Assembly (NCBI GenBank): GCA_965263355.1
Contig: CBDHHL010000041.1
Location: forward strand, 1-64,000
Reading direction: 5' to 3'
Origin: Leptolyngbyaceae cyanobacterium
GTDB taxonomy: Bacteria > Cyanobacteriota > Cyanobacteriia > Phormidesmidales > Phormidesmidaceae
DNA: 64,000 nucleotides
The position numbers and the translations under genes are program-made. A model generated the notes under the pieces. That model ran no database searches, was not told the origin of the DNA, and saw only the letters and a list, made by a program, of their open reading frames with translations. Shown here in pieces: positions 40,835-51,232 of this stretch (the stretch's first letter is position 1; each line of letters begins with the position of its first letter).

Positions 40835-41551
40835 ACTCAAATGCAGCTAATTTCATTTTGTCTAAATCAGTGATCTCATCCACCCATGCGGGGATAATGC
40901 GTTGCTCTCGTAACTCTAAATATCTTTGGGCCAAGGCTGGAGAGAATAGCTCATTGATTTCTTGCTTCCTAAGCTCCAATTCATACTCATTTATCCATGC
41001 TGTATCTGGGTTTTTGACCCCAGCTAAACTGGCAACAATTACTCCAAGTTTTGCGATTGCCCTTGACTCCTGATTAAGTTGTTTTAGGCGATTTTCTTCA
41101 TACGTTCTGATTGCTGCGTTGGCAACGTTAATGGGGCATCGCTCGAAGTGCTGGCCAAAGTAGATGTGTCCTGGATAGTAGAGCTGCAGTCTCCAGTAGA
41201 GTCCTCCTGTATCAATGCTTTTGGCTTTTTTGTGGCTGGCTTTACCTCCGCAAGCTTTTTGTTTTCATCTCCGTACACTAAAAAGTTAAAAACCTTAGTC
41301 AGTAACACAACAGGCATCCCTTCTAGGATTTCCTCGTCTGTTATTTCTTCCGCAATCTCGTAGCGAAAACGAAGGCAGTAAGCAACAAACTGCATGGCAA
41401 ATTGCTGATCCGACAAACTCTTGTCGGTCGATAATGCCCTCAAGAAGTCCATTTCGCCGATCAGTAAAGATCCGTAATCAAGCAACTCAATCTTGATGCC
41501 ATCAGCTTCAATTATTCGTTTCTTGGGCTCGATTTTCCAGGGTAGTGACAT
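40827..41551 (-). CDS. Tail assembly chaperone G/GT with programmed -1 frameshift
   Basis: The short form ends at 41084. Slippery A_AAA_AAG is at 41231-41225, and the -1 frame (SIDTGGLYWRLQLYYPG...AAFEYG*) is open to TGA 40829-40827, overlapping the tape measure start. Confidence 0.8.
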
Positions 41552-41752
41552 AGGGCAGAAAGATATCGGTGTGGATCTGGTCTGTTTCTTGAGGAATCTC
41601 AACCATCCCATGGATAGAACTAGCTAGCCTGTCCCACAGTTCTTGTTGAGTGCCTGCGATGTCTTTGTGCTTCAACCAGACTACATTGGCGTACATCCCC
41701 CCTGGGGCAACTTCGCCAATAACAAAGACATCGCGGTTGCTATAAACATGCA

Positions 41753-42463
41753 TTAGGTCTGAGGATCGATACGGTTGATTGAGTCAAACGCCACAGTAAT
41801 GTTGCCTTGTACCTCTGAGCCATCGGAAGCAGGAGAGGCGATCCCGGTCGCAACACAAATACCCCAAATGATTGGGCCAGTAGAAAACACCGTAGAGTCT
41901 GGGCTTTCTAATTGACGCTCAATAAATAGCTTTTGAGTGTTGTCCTTGGCATAAGTCAGCGTCTGGTAGAACGCATCGTAGTAGCTGTAGCCTCCATTAA
42001 AGGTGCCATCAGCCGTACCTTCACCAATGCTTACAGTAGAAGTAGAGTGATCAAACGAACTAAACGATGTAGTCGCTACAGACTCGTTAATATCCGCTGA
42101 CTGACGGATGCGTGCTCGTGGCGGGAATTCAAACGTGCTGTTGTCTGCAATTGTTTCGTTCGCGGTCAGCTCTAGCGTTGTCCCAGCCCCCGCATACAAC
42201 GTCCGAACGATGGCGATAACAGAGGCCCCAGCAGGGGTAACAAACTCAAGTGGTTGCCCTACCTGAATCTGAGAGCCAGTCAATGCAGCGTCTAGTGTTG
42301 CTGATACAGACTGAGCCGTTCCCTGAGTGGTCACAGCAACTTCGCCGCTAATAGTACCTGTCCCTGATGTTGGTCTGGCAGTAGATCCAGTGGGGATTAA
42401 AGCAGCCCGAACAATCGTGTTTTTTGCCTGGGGCGGTGAAATTGGCTGGGTGGCGTTTGGCAT
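41753..42463 (-). CDS. Major tail tube protein
   Basis: 236 aa, Ser/Thr/Gly-rich, upstream of the chaperone. Confidence 0.65.
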   Translation of the reverse strand: MPNATQPISPPQAKNTIVRAALIPTGSTARPTSGTGTISGEVAVTTQGTAQSVSATLDAALTGSQIQVGQPLEFVTPAGASVIAIVRTLYAGAGTTLELTANETIADNSTFEFPPRARIRQSADINESVATTSFSSFDHSTSTVSIGEGTADGTFNGGYSYYDAFYQTLTYAKDNTQKLFIERQLESPDSTVFSTGPIIWGICVATGIASPASDGSEVQGNITVAFDSINRIDPQT

Positions 42464-42474
42464 TAGTTATCCTC

Positions 42475-42918
42475 CTAAGAACTGGCATTAATAAATAAAT
42501 CGAAACTTTGCTGCTCAACTGACTGGACCCCAGTATTTCTGACAATCCGAGGCCCTACTACGTCAATCAAATTTGTTAGTTCTTTAATTAGTAAAGACCT
42601 CGCAGTTTTTACGGTGTCTGTTACGTCAAACTGTTTGAGAGTGACACGGGTTGTATGAACAAGGTAGTAGTCGCCTTTAGTTACCAGTGGCTGAATATTG
42701 CTATCAATCTCTGGCTCAATTACGCATTCCAGGCCAGTGTGCTTAACAGGCTTTTGCTCCCAAGCTTTTCCGCCAACAGTTTTTACACTGCCATCATCGA
42801 CAGTGAGCGCCTGGACCGTAACCTCTTTCCCACCTCGAACCATATACGTTTTGGTCCCTAGCTCACTGGCCAGCGCTGTTGCTATTCGGCTGCGGAGTTC
42901 TTGTAGAGTGACGCTCAC
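42475..42918 (-). CDS. Tail terminator/completion-like protein
   Basis: Position between the gp10-like and tube genes. Confidence 0.45.
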   Translation of the reverse strand: MSVTLQELRSRIATALASELGTKTYMVRGGKEVTVQALTVDDGSVKTVGGKAWEQKPVKHTGLECVIEPEIDSNIQPLVTKGDYYLVHTTRVTLKQFDVTDTVKTARSLLIKELTNLIDVVGPRIVRNTGVQSVEQQSFDLFINASS

Positions 42919-43316
42919 GCATACCTCCTGACGCTATCGCCAAATAACTCAGTAGGGTCTGTAATTTTATGGGCTTCTGCTACTGGGTTGCGGGCGGGGA
43001 AGCTGTTCCCGGCAGTGGTTGTATAGCCAAAAAAGATTTGTGGGGCATAGTCCACACTGCCCCCTCCCCAGCTAAATTCCGCTAAGAATGGATTAATGAA
43101 TCGATATTCTTGAGAGTCGCGGAATGCCCCCAAGTCAACGATATTTCTAGTTGTCCCAGCGCGTTCGCCTGACCGTCGGAGTGTTTCTCCTGGCCATCCA
43201 TAGCGAGGGGATTCGATGGCAGTCGTATACGCCTGATCAAGTTCGCGGGCTGTGTCCTGCAGTCCGCTAATCAGTACGTTATAAATAGCTGGTTGATTGA
43301 TTAGTACAGTAGCCAT
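42915..43316 (-). CDS. Neck/tail completion protein (HK97 gp10-like)
   Basis: RNIVDLGAFRDS...VDYAPQIFFG...PARN motif. Confidence 0.65.
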   Translation of the reverse strand: MATVLINQPAIYNVLISGLQDTARELDQAYTTAIESPRYGWPGETLRRSGERAGTTRNIVDLGAFRDSQEYRFINPFLAEFSWGGGSVDYAPQIFFGYTTTAGNSFPARNPVAEAHKITDPTELFGDSVRRYA

Positions 43317-44104
43317 GAGTACAGCATGGCTAACAATTTGCGAGATGGGTTAAAATGCCTGATATCCTGGCAGGCGCACTAACAATGTTTGAACAGCAGA
43401 CAAAAGAGTGGTGGGACAGCATCCCCCCAGATAAAAAAATATTGATCTCATGCTTTCCTGACGAACTCGAAGGCTTCAAAGAAGCAGCTGCGAAAAAACT
43501 AGGGGTACCATCTAATGCTTTGGTTGTGACCAACTGGTATGACTTCCCAGATGATTCTGAAGAGAGTTCATCCAGGCAAACTGGATTTAGCATTAATGCC
43601 TATCATGCTTCTGCCCTTCTGAACTTAGCAAAGGATGGGAAGTTCAATGATTTTGAGGAAAAAATAAATCAGCTGGGCGAATACGCTCTTGACTCCTTTG
43701 TCACGCATGCGACAGACAGCTAGTATGACGATTCCCTTGAAACACGAGATTAAGGCAACTGGCATTGAGTCCCAAACGTGGCATCGCTGGAAAAAGGTGA
43801 AAGATTTGGTCGGAGGGGATACCAACGCCAAGGCCATGAGTACCTTGGTTAACTTGGTTTATCTGCTGTATTTCTCTAGCCGCTGGGAAGATGTCCAGCG
43901 GAAAGCAGCCACACTGATAACAGCACAGTGGGCCAACAGAAACCAAGAGATTGTCCCAATGCATCCGTCAGAAGTGAAGCGGGTTTCTATGGATGCGAAC
44001 AAGACGCTAGTCTATACTCTCGGGCAAGGGGAGCCCTATGTGCTGAGCAATGAAGCATGGGAAAGGGGTTGAATTAAGCCACGGCTAAATAGGATAAACG
44101 CAAC

Positions 44105-44506
44105 ATGACTTGGATTGCCAAAAACACAGGCGCAACCGCCGTCGATATCACATTCCGATTAGCCAGGGCGATCTCTGACGATGGCGAAGGTGGCGCGCCG
44201 TCTGGCTCTAGTTCGTTGGTCATCCCAGTGCGTTTAGTGCCAATCACTGGCACGAATGATGTTAATAGCATCATTCAGAACCAGTTCCCTGGGGCCAATA
44301 CATATGACTATCTGTTTTGGGGCTGGATAAACGATAAAAGAAACTACAAATTCCCTAAAGAACTTAGGCAGCAGCAGCGACCTATCGGGGAATGCACACT
44401 CCCTGACCTAGGCAGTGGTCGAATTGAGTGCAGTATTGGCCTATACAATCCAACCGCAGCTCAGAAGATCGGGGAAAAGTTCACAGCAATCTGGACTAGG
44501 GCTTAG
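44105..44506 (+). CDS. Possible head-closure/head-tail joining protein
   Basis: 133-aa beta-rich protein near the neck genes but on the opposite strand. Confidence 0.3.
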   Translation: MTWIAKNTGATAVDITFRLARAISDDGEGGAPSGSSSLVIPVRLVPITGTNDVNSIIQNQFPGANTYDYLFWGWINDKRNYKFPKELRQQQRPIGECTLPDLGSGRIECSIGLYNPTAAQKIGEKFTAIWTRA

Positions 44507-45463
44507 TTAAGCACTCCTCTGCAAAGCCCTTCTAAACGCCTCCCAAAAGTAATAGCTCAGCACGTCATTAAATTCATCCTGAAGGCCACCTGTGCGGTCC
44601 ATCACCACGTCTCGCATGACCTTTACAGGCACTGGCCCATCTTTGCTTAGAAACTCGCTGTAGGCCATCACATCGAAGTCCTTGCCACTGATGGCGTAAA
44701 TTAGGCCATCATCCTGGTAATGCAGCGTCAGCTCAAGTTCGCCTGAATAATGGCCGACGAACCATACTTTTGCCCAGACCATCGTCTGAGCCACCACTGG
44801 CCCTATCAGCTCTCGATATCTTGGCGCTACATCAATAGCGCTAGGTAGTGCTACCCAGCCATTGTGGTCAACACTCAATCTTGAGCTTCCATCAAAGAGC
44901 TTCTTTGGCTTGCCGGGACGTCTTGGGATTCGGTCATTCGGGGGTGGGGTGGGGCAGTTACCCTCTGGCTTATCCTGGCCAGAATTAAGCAAAGCTTCCC
45001 CACACTCTGCGGTTTTTGAAAAAAACGCTGTTCTGTATTTATGGACAGTTAGATTAGATTCTTTAGATTGGACAGTTATGTTGTGATCCTCTGGCGCATG
45101 GGATACGTCATTTTGTCCTATACCATACGCCAAATTTTCACATTTGCTCTGGGCAAGGGTTTCAAGCACCTCCCAATGGACTATGTAGGTACTATTGCGA
45201 CGACCGCCCCCATGAGCAGCATCCTTGTAGTTATGGATTTGGGTAAGAATTCGATATTTGCCTTCAAGGTTCCCAATGACCCTGTTGACGGTCCGTCTTG
45301 ACATACTTGTCATCTCGGCTAATGACTGTTGCTTTGGAAATATGCCGTTGCCATCAGCTGAAGCGAAGCTGTTTATGGCTAGCAGTACGAACTTTTCGCT
45401 AGTAGGGAGTGTTGAATCCCATATCAAACTAGTCCTATCAAAATGCCGATAAGCCTTAGCCAT
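44507..45463 (-). CDS. Helix-turn-helix protein (replication-initiator-like N-terminus)
   Basis: EKFVLLAINSFA...IFPKQQSLAEMTSMSRRTVNRVIGNLE. Confidence 0.7.
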   Translation of the reverse strand: MAKAYRHFDRTSLIWDSTLPTSEKFVLLAINSFASADGNGIFPKQQSLAEMTSMSRRTVNRVIGNLEGKYRILTQIHNYKDAAHGGGRRNSTYIVHWEVLETLAQSKCENLAYGIGQNDVSHAPEDHNITVQSKESNLTVHKYRTAFFSKTAECGEALLNSGQDKPEGNCPTPPPNDRIPRRPGKPKKLFDGSSRLSVDHNGWVALPSAIDVAPRYRELIGPVVAQTMVWAKVWFVGHYSGELELTLHYQDDGLIYAISGKDFDVMAYSEFLSKDGPVPVKVMRDVVMDRTGGLQDEFNDVLSYYFWEAFRRALQRSA

Positions 45464-45528
45464 GCTATTATTCCTTTAAGATATTTGCTTGACAAAGCAC
45501 CGTTTGGCTTCCCCCCTGACGGTGCTTT

Positions 45529-46113
45529 TTATTTTAGGTTCGCTTTGGTTGCTCCTAGATTAAATATCGTTTTTTCTATGCCTACAACCTCACTTTTGGG
45601 AAGCAGGAACCACTCACCATCTTGTCGATATTGGCTAAATTGCTCATGAGCCAAGTTTTCTAGTTCGCCCATATCGCCGCACTGAATTGCGACCAACAAG
45701 GTTACCTTGTCCCGCCTTTGATTGTTTATCGCTTGCGCCCTCTTTTTTGGGTTTTTGCTTGAGCCAATTTTATAAAGACCTGTTCTGCTTTCCTCTAGCA
45801 CATAAACAAACCCTGGCTTCCCCCTTTGGGCAAGTGTTGGGCTTGGAAGTTTGCTCCATTCAGGGATGAGCCCTGCAGCGATTAGTTCGTTTAGCCCATT
45901 CTTGCACGACTCTTTTCCAGCAGGCGAGCACTGGACGAAGTGGTCAATGACATCGCCCTTTGTTTTTGTCAGCAGGTCCGGCTTAGAGAGAATGTAGGCC
46001 ATCATCCCCCGAGCTTTAAGTGAAAGATTCTTCTGTCGGATCAGCTCATTACTTATGGCCGTCCCGCCGTCACCTACCGGATATCCAAGTTGTGTTATAT
46101 TCATAGGTAGCAT
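45529..46113 (-). CDS. HTH plus GIY-YIG (T5orf172-like) protein
   Basis: LSLKARGMMAYILSKP; GFVYVL...YKIGSSKNPKKR...LENLAHEQF...GEWF. Confidence 0.75.
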   Translation of the reverse strand: MLPMNITQLGYPVGDGGTAISNELIRQKNLSLKARGMMAYILSKPDLLTKTKGDVIDHFVQCSPAGKESCKNGLNELIAAGLIPEWSKLPSPTLAQRGKPGFVYVLEESRTGLYKIGSSKNPKKRAQAINNQRRDKVTLLVAIQCGDMGELENLAHEQFSQYRQDGEWFLLPKSEVVGIEKTIFNLGATKANLK

Positions 46114-46178
46114 TCCTATTGATTATTAAAAGCACCGAGCACATGGGCCGCTAACCCGCTCGGTGCTTTTATTTTAGC

Positions 46179-46652
46179 CTATTTGTCTGTGGTCGTTAGA
46201 TGCTCACTGAGTAGGTCATTAACCAACTGGCTCAGGCTAATACCCTTGTCGGTTGCCGCTGCTTTAGCCTGAGCTTTCAGATCGGAATCCAGGGTGAGAA
46301 GGGTTTTCTCTCTTGGATTATCTCCAATGGGCTTACGGCCAGCGTTGCGGGGGTTGCGGGGATTCACCCAATGCCCCCCGTCAACTCCGTAAGTTAAAAT
46401 CTTCCAGTCTGTTGCTCGCACGACTTCGGTTTCGTAGTCAAAACAATAGCGTTGGCGCTCTGTTAGTTGACTAGAGTGGGTTAGCTTTACCCTTTCTTCG
46501 TTTAGCGAAGGGTCGCTTCTTCCATTCAGCCATGCCGCTCGCGCGTCATCAGGAGATAACGCCTCAATTACTATTCCTTGCGCTTTTCGTCCGTAGTTGA
46601 CTAGGTAATAGTTGTCCCATCCTTCAGTTTTTGCCATTTCCTTTCTTGTCAA
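46179..46652 (-). CDS. Hypothetical domain fused to NPRNAG-arm RHH regulator
   Basis: C-terminal NPRNPRNAGRKP...TLLTLDSDLKAQAKAAATDKGISLSQLVNDLL. Confidence 0.65.
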   Translation of the reverse strand: MTRKEMAKTEGWDNYYLVNYGRKAQGIVIEALSPDDARAAWLNGRSDPSLNEERVKLTHSSQLTERQRYCFDYETEVVRATDWKILTYGVDGGHWVNPRNPRNAGRKPIGDNPREKTLLTLDSDLKAQAKAAATDKGISLSQLVNDLLSEHLTTTDK

Positions 46653-46780
46653 TTAGATTTACTGAATTTCCTTTGTCCTCGCAATCACGACAGCATCCAA
46701 AGTAATATTTTTCAGAAGCTGTCATGATTGCGCTACAGAATGGACATTTATTTTGTTTTTGCTTGGCCATAGCTAAAAGA

Positions 46781-47197
46781 TTAAAAGAATTGATTCGCCT
46801 TTTTGCCGTTAGGCAGAGCGCCATAACCGTGTGTCCTTTCGGCAATAGTCCCAACAGAAAGATTCTGATTCCTAAACTCAAAACGATTATCGATCCACCA
46901 ACTAGAATCAGTTTTGGAATTAACCGTAACCATCAACGCTTCTTTTTGTTCAGGGCTAATAAGCTCTTTTTTGGCTTGAGCCTTAATAGCCTTAACAACA
47001 TTGCTCCGGATAGATGCGGCCCACTCAACCTGTTTCTGGCTTCCTTGCAATTCAGTTAGTTCATTCACAACTTTCTTACTCACAAAACGAGCACCGAGCC
47101 CTTTAACCACAACAAACAGCACCTTAGCCCACTCCTCGCAACGAGTGATAGCAGACTCAACTACATTTAAGTGACGGGCGATTGCTGCGGTGTTCAT
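46781..47197 (-). CDS. Cyanobacterial phage hypothetical protein
   Basis: AIARHLN...EEWAKVLFVV..G.GARFVSKKV plus LQGSQKQVEWA motif; has its own promoter. Confidence 0.6.
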   Translation of the reverse strand: MNTAAIARHLNVVESAITRCEEWAKVLFVVVKGLGARFVSKKVVNELTELQGSQKQVEWAASIRSNVVKAIKAQAKKELISPEQKEALMVTVNSKTDSSWWIDNRFEFRNQNLSVGTIAERTHGYGALPNGKKANQFF

Positions 47198-47511
47198 GGC
47201 TCAGCTGCTCAACTACATTACTAATATAGTATATATAGAATTAATTGTCTATATACTTAATTGAAGTTTACGCAAAGTTTTCATTGATCATGACTAAAGT
47301 ACGCCTCCCCGATTCCCCAGGTCCACGACGCAACAGTAGGCCTAAGCCACGGTATGGCACGGTGAAGCATGCCCCATGGTCGATGCCTGGTTATCTGTTC
47401 GTAGAGAAGCCTGAGGGAGGGTGTTGGTGGATTAGAGAGGATATTTGTGAGAAACAAAAACCGCCAAGCTTTTAGGCTCGACGGTTTTGGATTGATTCAG
47501 TTGTTTTTGCT

Positions 47512-47712
47512 CTAGGGAGAAAGATAGGCCGTGATCGCGTCATTAATGAGCTGGCTTAGGCTTAATCCCATCTCGGCTGCCTTATTGGCCGCCTCAGTCT
47601 TTAGCCCTGTGTCTAACATGATGTTAGTCCGTTGCCTGGGCTCGTCTCCCAATGGCTTTGCTCCGGCGTTGCGGGGGTTGCGGGGTTTTGTGGTCATATA
47701 ATTAAAATTCAA
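47512..47712 (-). CDS. NPRNAG-arm RHH regulator (paralog of the 46179 C-terminus)
   Basis: KPRNPRNAGAKP...TNIMLDTGLKTEAANKAAEMGLSLSQLINDAI. Confidence 0.7.
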   Translation of the reverse strand: MNFNYMTTKPRNPRNAGAKPLGDEPRQRTNIMLDTGLKTEAANKAAEMGLSLSQLINDAITAYLSP

Positions 47713-49961
47713 TATTCAATGTCAAACTGGTTTCCACCGTCATAAAACTCCGGCGCTCTCCATGCATCATCGTCTAGGCTTAAGCCCAGCTCGATAAATG
47801 CCGCCTCAATCGCCTCTTCAAAAGAACAGTCTCTAAAGACAGAGGACTTCCAACGCGTGGCCCCACGGCTCTGCTCAATGCAGTTCTTAACAATCGAGGA
47901 GAAAGACTCACAATCCTCACCACCCCAGTCAGTTGAGTTAAGCAGCGCACGTTCTTTAGCGGCAAGCTTTGCTGACTGCGTTTCAAAAATCAAAGCTTGC
48001 GCAAGATCGTTATTCATCAAAGCAACTCCGTTTTCCTCAATTACTCTTTTAATTTAACACACACCTAATTAATTGCGTGTGTATATATGTACGGATAAAA
48101 AGACACCGCCAAGTTTTTAGGCTCGGCGGTTTTTGAGGTTTTTCATGATAAAAAGATTCCCTGGCTTGGCTTATACGGTCGACTAGGCGCATCCACCTAG
48201 TTCAAGCCCGTTTGGTTGATCGCTAAGGATTCTCCAAACCTTTCCTTGGTGAAGTACTTTGCATCCTTGGTTTATTTTTATTGGTCGTAACTCCATCCAT
48301 TCTTTGGTGTTGAGCGATCGCGGCATTCCCACAGTGTGAATTCATACCCTGCGTATCGCGCACCCAGTTGGTTGGCACTGAAATTAAGATGCCAGCAACT
48401 AGGAAAGCCGTGTTCGTCTACTGGATTGTTAAAAGTGTTATCTCCTGAAAATTTCACCCGTCTGTCAGAGTAGTTGGCTGGGTCGTCTAGGCTTGCCTTT
48501 CGCAAGGTGATTATTTGCCCTTGGCGCAATATACTAGGGTGTAGTTGGTTCATTGTTCATTTGTTCCATAACTATATGTGGTTGCCCAGCGGTCGCGGTC
48601 GCTCGCTCAGGAATCTCAGGGTCGACCACAATGGGTATGCTCTCGAATGATTGCAGCTCGATATCTTCGATAGTGTAATTAACCGAGCCAGCCACCTCCA
48701 ATCTGAGGGCTGAATAAGTTCGATAGCCTAAGATTAGTTGCTTAGGGTATTCGTGCTGGGTAGATGCGTATGCTTGGATTGCCTTTGTAATTTCGGGTGG
48801 GATTGCCATCAGTAGTTGCAACTCAAGAATTTTTCTTTCCCTAAAGCCGTCGTGTAGACCAGCTTAAAGAAACTGCCTGTGTTAACAAACTCATCAATAA
48901 CGCTACCAGGGATTTGTTCCACTTCTTTCCTTTGATCTTCAGTTAAATCAATGCCACCGATGGAGATGACTGAACCGCCATTAACGTACAAAATGAGTGT
49001 TTGCTCGACAATAACCGCATCTATGATCATGACTCCTGTGCTTTTATCTTCCATTATTCCTTTGAGGTAGACTTCTTCAATTTCTGGGAAGGCCTCCCTC
49101 CCTTTAGCTTCAGTTAATTTTAGCGAAGAAACCAACCAAACCTCTTCGTTGATTGACTCATGCTTTTGCTCGTCCCCCAGCGCTGCAAGTAATCCAGTGA
49201 ACTGATAAGCAAGAGCCTCAGGCATTTCAATCTGAAGTTCTGCAGCCAGAGCCTTCACGTTCTCAACAGCCTCACTAGATGGGGACTTGAAAGAATAATT
49301 TATTTCATCCATGGTCCAAAAGCTCCTGAGTTTCCTTTTCTAAGCGAGCTATAAAAGCTTCTGGGCTTAAACACGCCCCTCCTTCCCCGTATCGATTGCC
49401 CGAAATCATGTCTTCAAAAGAGTCATCTAGCATTGAAGACGTGCCTTTGAGATCGGCACGGTCGAGTCTTTCTTGCAGGCTCCATATAGAGCCTCTGCCA
49501 TACTCTTCAAGATAGAATTCAAGGAATTCTTCCAGGCTCATGAGTATAGACGCAGGTGCGTCCGTAACTTCTGAATACTCGAAGTATTTATCTTCTATTT
49601 TGCCAATATGTCGAGGCATTTTCTCTCCTTAATGTTCTTCTTTCTTTTCTTGCCCAGAATGCCTAACGCAACCAAAATTTTCTCCAGTAAACAGTTCTGC
49701 ATAGTACTCTGAACCATCGACCAAGCCGAACCCTGACGCACCTAAGGGCAGCTCTGCAAACGTTTTCTCGGGATGCTGGCAAGACCTCACTTCGTACCCA
49801 ATATCCATGGGTGTTAAATCGGGGTTCATTGGCTCCCACATGGATGAGTCTCTTGACGATTGACCGTCGAGTGTCCAATAATCGCAGGTTTTGCATCTAG
49901 GGAATTCCATTTTTCTCTCCTAAGTATTTTTTCTTTTCTTGATTAGTTGCGTCCAGGGCAA

Positions 49962-50228
49962 CTAATCAACATCGCTAGAAGTCTTTTGTGTAAAGCCTTT
50001 TACTGGCATAATGATCACCTCTGGACTAGTTCCGGCCTGTTCTTCAAGCATACAGGCAAACTCTATTATTGAGCTAAATTGGGCATTGGGAAGCTTGGCT
50101 TCTTTGGCGGCAAAACCTTGCCTGGTCAACCCTATCGCCCTCGCGGCGTCTGAATAAACCGGGAATTCTTTCTTCCTCCATTCAATCAGCATTTCTGGCA
50201 ACGCCTCAAGAAATTCGCTTAATTTCAT
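49962..50228 (-). CDS. HTH regulator divergent from 50421
   Basis: YSDAARAIGLTRQGFAAKE; probable start MKLSEF at 50228. Confidence 0.6.
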   Translation of the reverse strand: MKLSEFLEALPEMLIEWRKKEFPVYSDAARAIGLTRQGFAAKEAKLPNAQFSSIIEFACMLEEQAGTSPEVIIMPVKGFTQKTSSDVD

Positions 50229-50420
50229 GTCAAGTTTATGATTTACATCTGGACTATAGCAAAGCAAAATTAATCTTGCAAATAGGCAAGCAATTACTTG
50301 ACATCTGAAAATAAAAAAGCGATACTTGTTAGTAACAAAGCAAGCAGGGCATATCGGCTCCCCTCTAACGAGTCTTAGCCGGAAAAAGCCTGAGCAGTAT
50401 AACTAAAAAGGAGCTACACG

Positions 50421-50759
50421 ATGTCTGCATACATTATCTATCGCCCTCTAAAAAAAGGTGCTGAAGGTGTTTATCACGTAACGGCTGACCTTGAAGAAGC
50501 TAAGCAATCAGCTACTCAGCTGAGGGATTCTTACACCAAGAAAGGTTGGGAATCATGGGCTAAGCGGGTTAAAATCATCCAGCCTACCTCTGTTGAGTTC
50601 GCTCGTGAGATGGCCAATGATTTCGTTCATAAAGGCAACTCAATCGACATGATGAATCAAGGTAATACCTTTAGAGGTGACGGCAAGGCGATTGCCTGCA
50701 TGAATATGGACACACTCTACAGCTGGGCTAATGTTTTGAGAAAAGCTTATCCGGCCTAA
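50421..50759 (+). CDS. Hypothetical protein with its own promoter and terminator
   Basis: TTGACA-N17-GATACT (50298-50326), AAGGAG RBS, terminator at 50758-50797. Confidence 0.65.
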   Translation: MSAYIIYRPLKKGAEGVYHVTADLEEAKQSATQLRDSYTKKGWESWAKRVKIIQPTSVEFAREMANDFVHKGNSIDMMNQGNTFRGDGKAIACMNMDTLYSWANVLRKAYPA

Positions 50760-50797
50760 CCCCGCTAACCACACCCCGGTTAGCGGGGTTCTTTTTT
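50758..50797 (+). terminator. Rho-independent terminator
   Basis: AACCCCGCTAACC-N7-GGTTAGCGGGGTT followed by a T-tract. Confidence 0.8.
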
Positions 50798-50845
50798 GTC
50801 AAGAAAATACTTGACACTTAAAAAGAGATTCGCTACATTAGAAAT

Positions 50846-51232
50846 GTAAGAGACGGGATGCAACCCCGCAGTCAAAGCCACTGGCGAGGGGAGATACGCA
50901 TTTTAACTCTTGGGGTTAGTCAAGATAAACGACGGGTTTTTACCCTGATATAGCGGAAGTAACCGCCTACTCATCGCGGTACCACACCAAACGGTGTAGG
51001 TCGTAAAGTTCGAAAGAAGCCGAAGGTGGGAGGACAAACAAAATGACTAACTAAAAGAACAGCAAGCCCAAAGCATACCCGTTGAGCGCTTCGGTGCAAT
51101 AGGCGACACATGTTAGGGCGAACTGGGAACCCATTAGCGGGCACACCGAGCTATACAATCGCGTGTCATCCTGGCGAGCTGAGATGCAATCAGTAAGGGC
51201 TTTGGCGGCGTTGAGCCTTATCAATGCCGCCT
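50846..51232 (+). ncRNA. Candidate large structured non-coding RNA (about 390 nt)
   Basis: Promoter TTGACA-N17-TACATT (50811-50839); no ORF of 60 aa or more; many hairpins and long-range stems; closes with GGCGGCGTTGA/TCAATGCCGCC. Confidence 0.6.

Noticed and set aside
48140..48280. Hairpin-containing possible ncRNA
   Set aside because: Explained by a short minus-strand ORF (MELRPIKINQGCKVLHQGKVWRIL...) in the operon.
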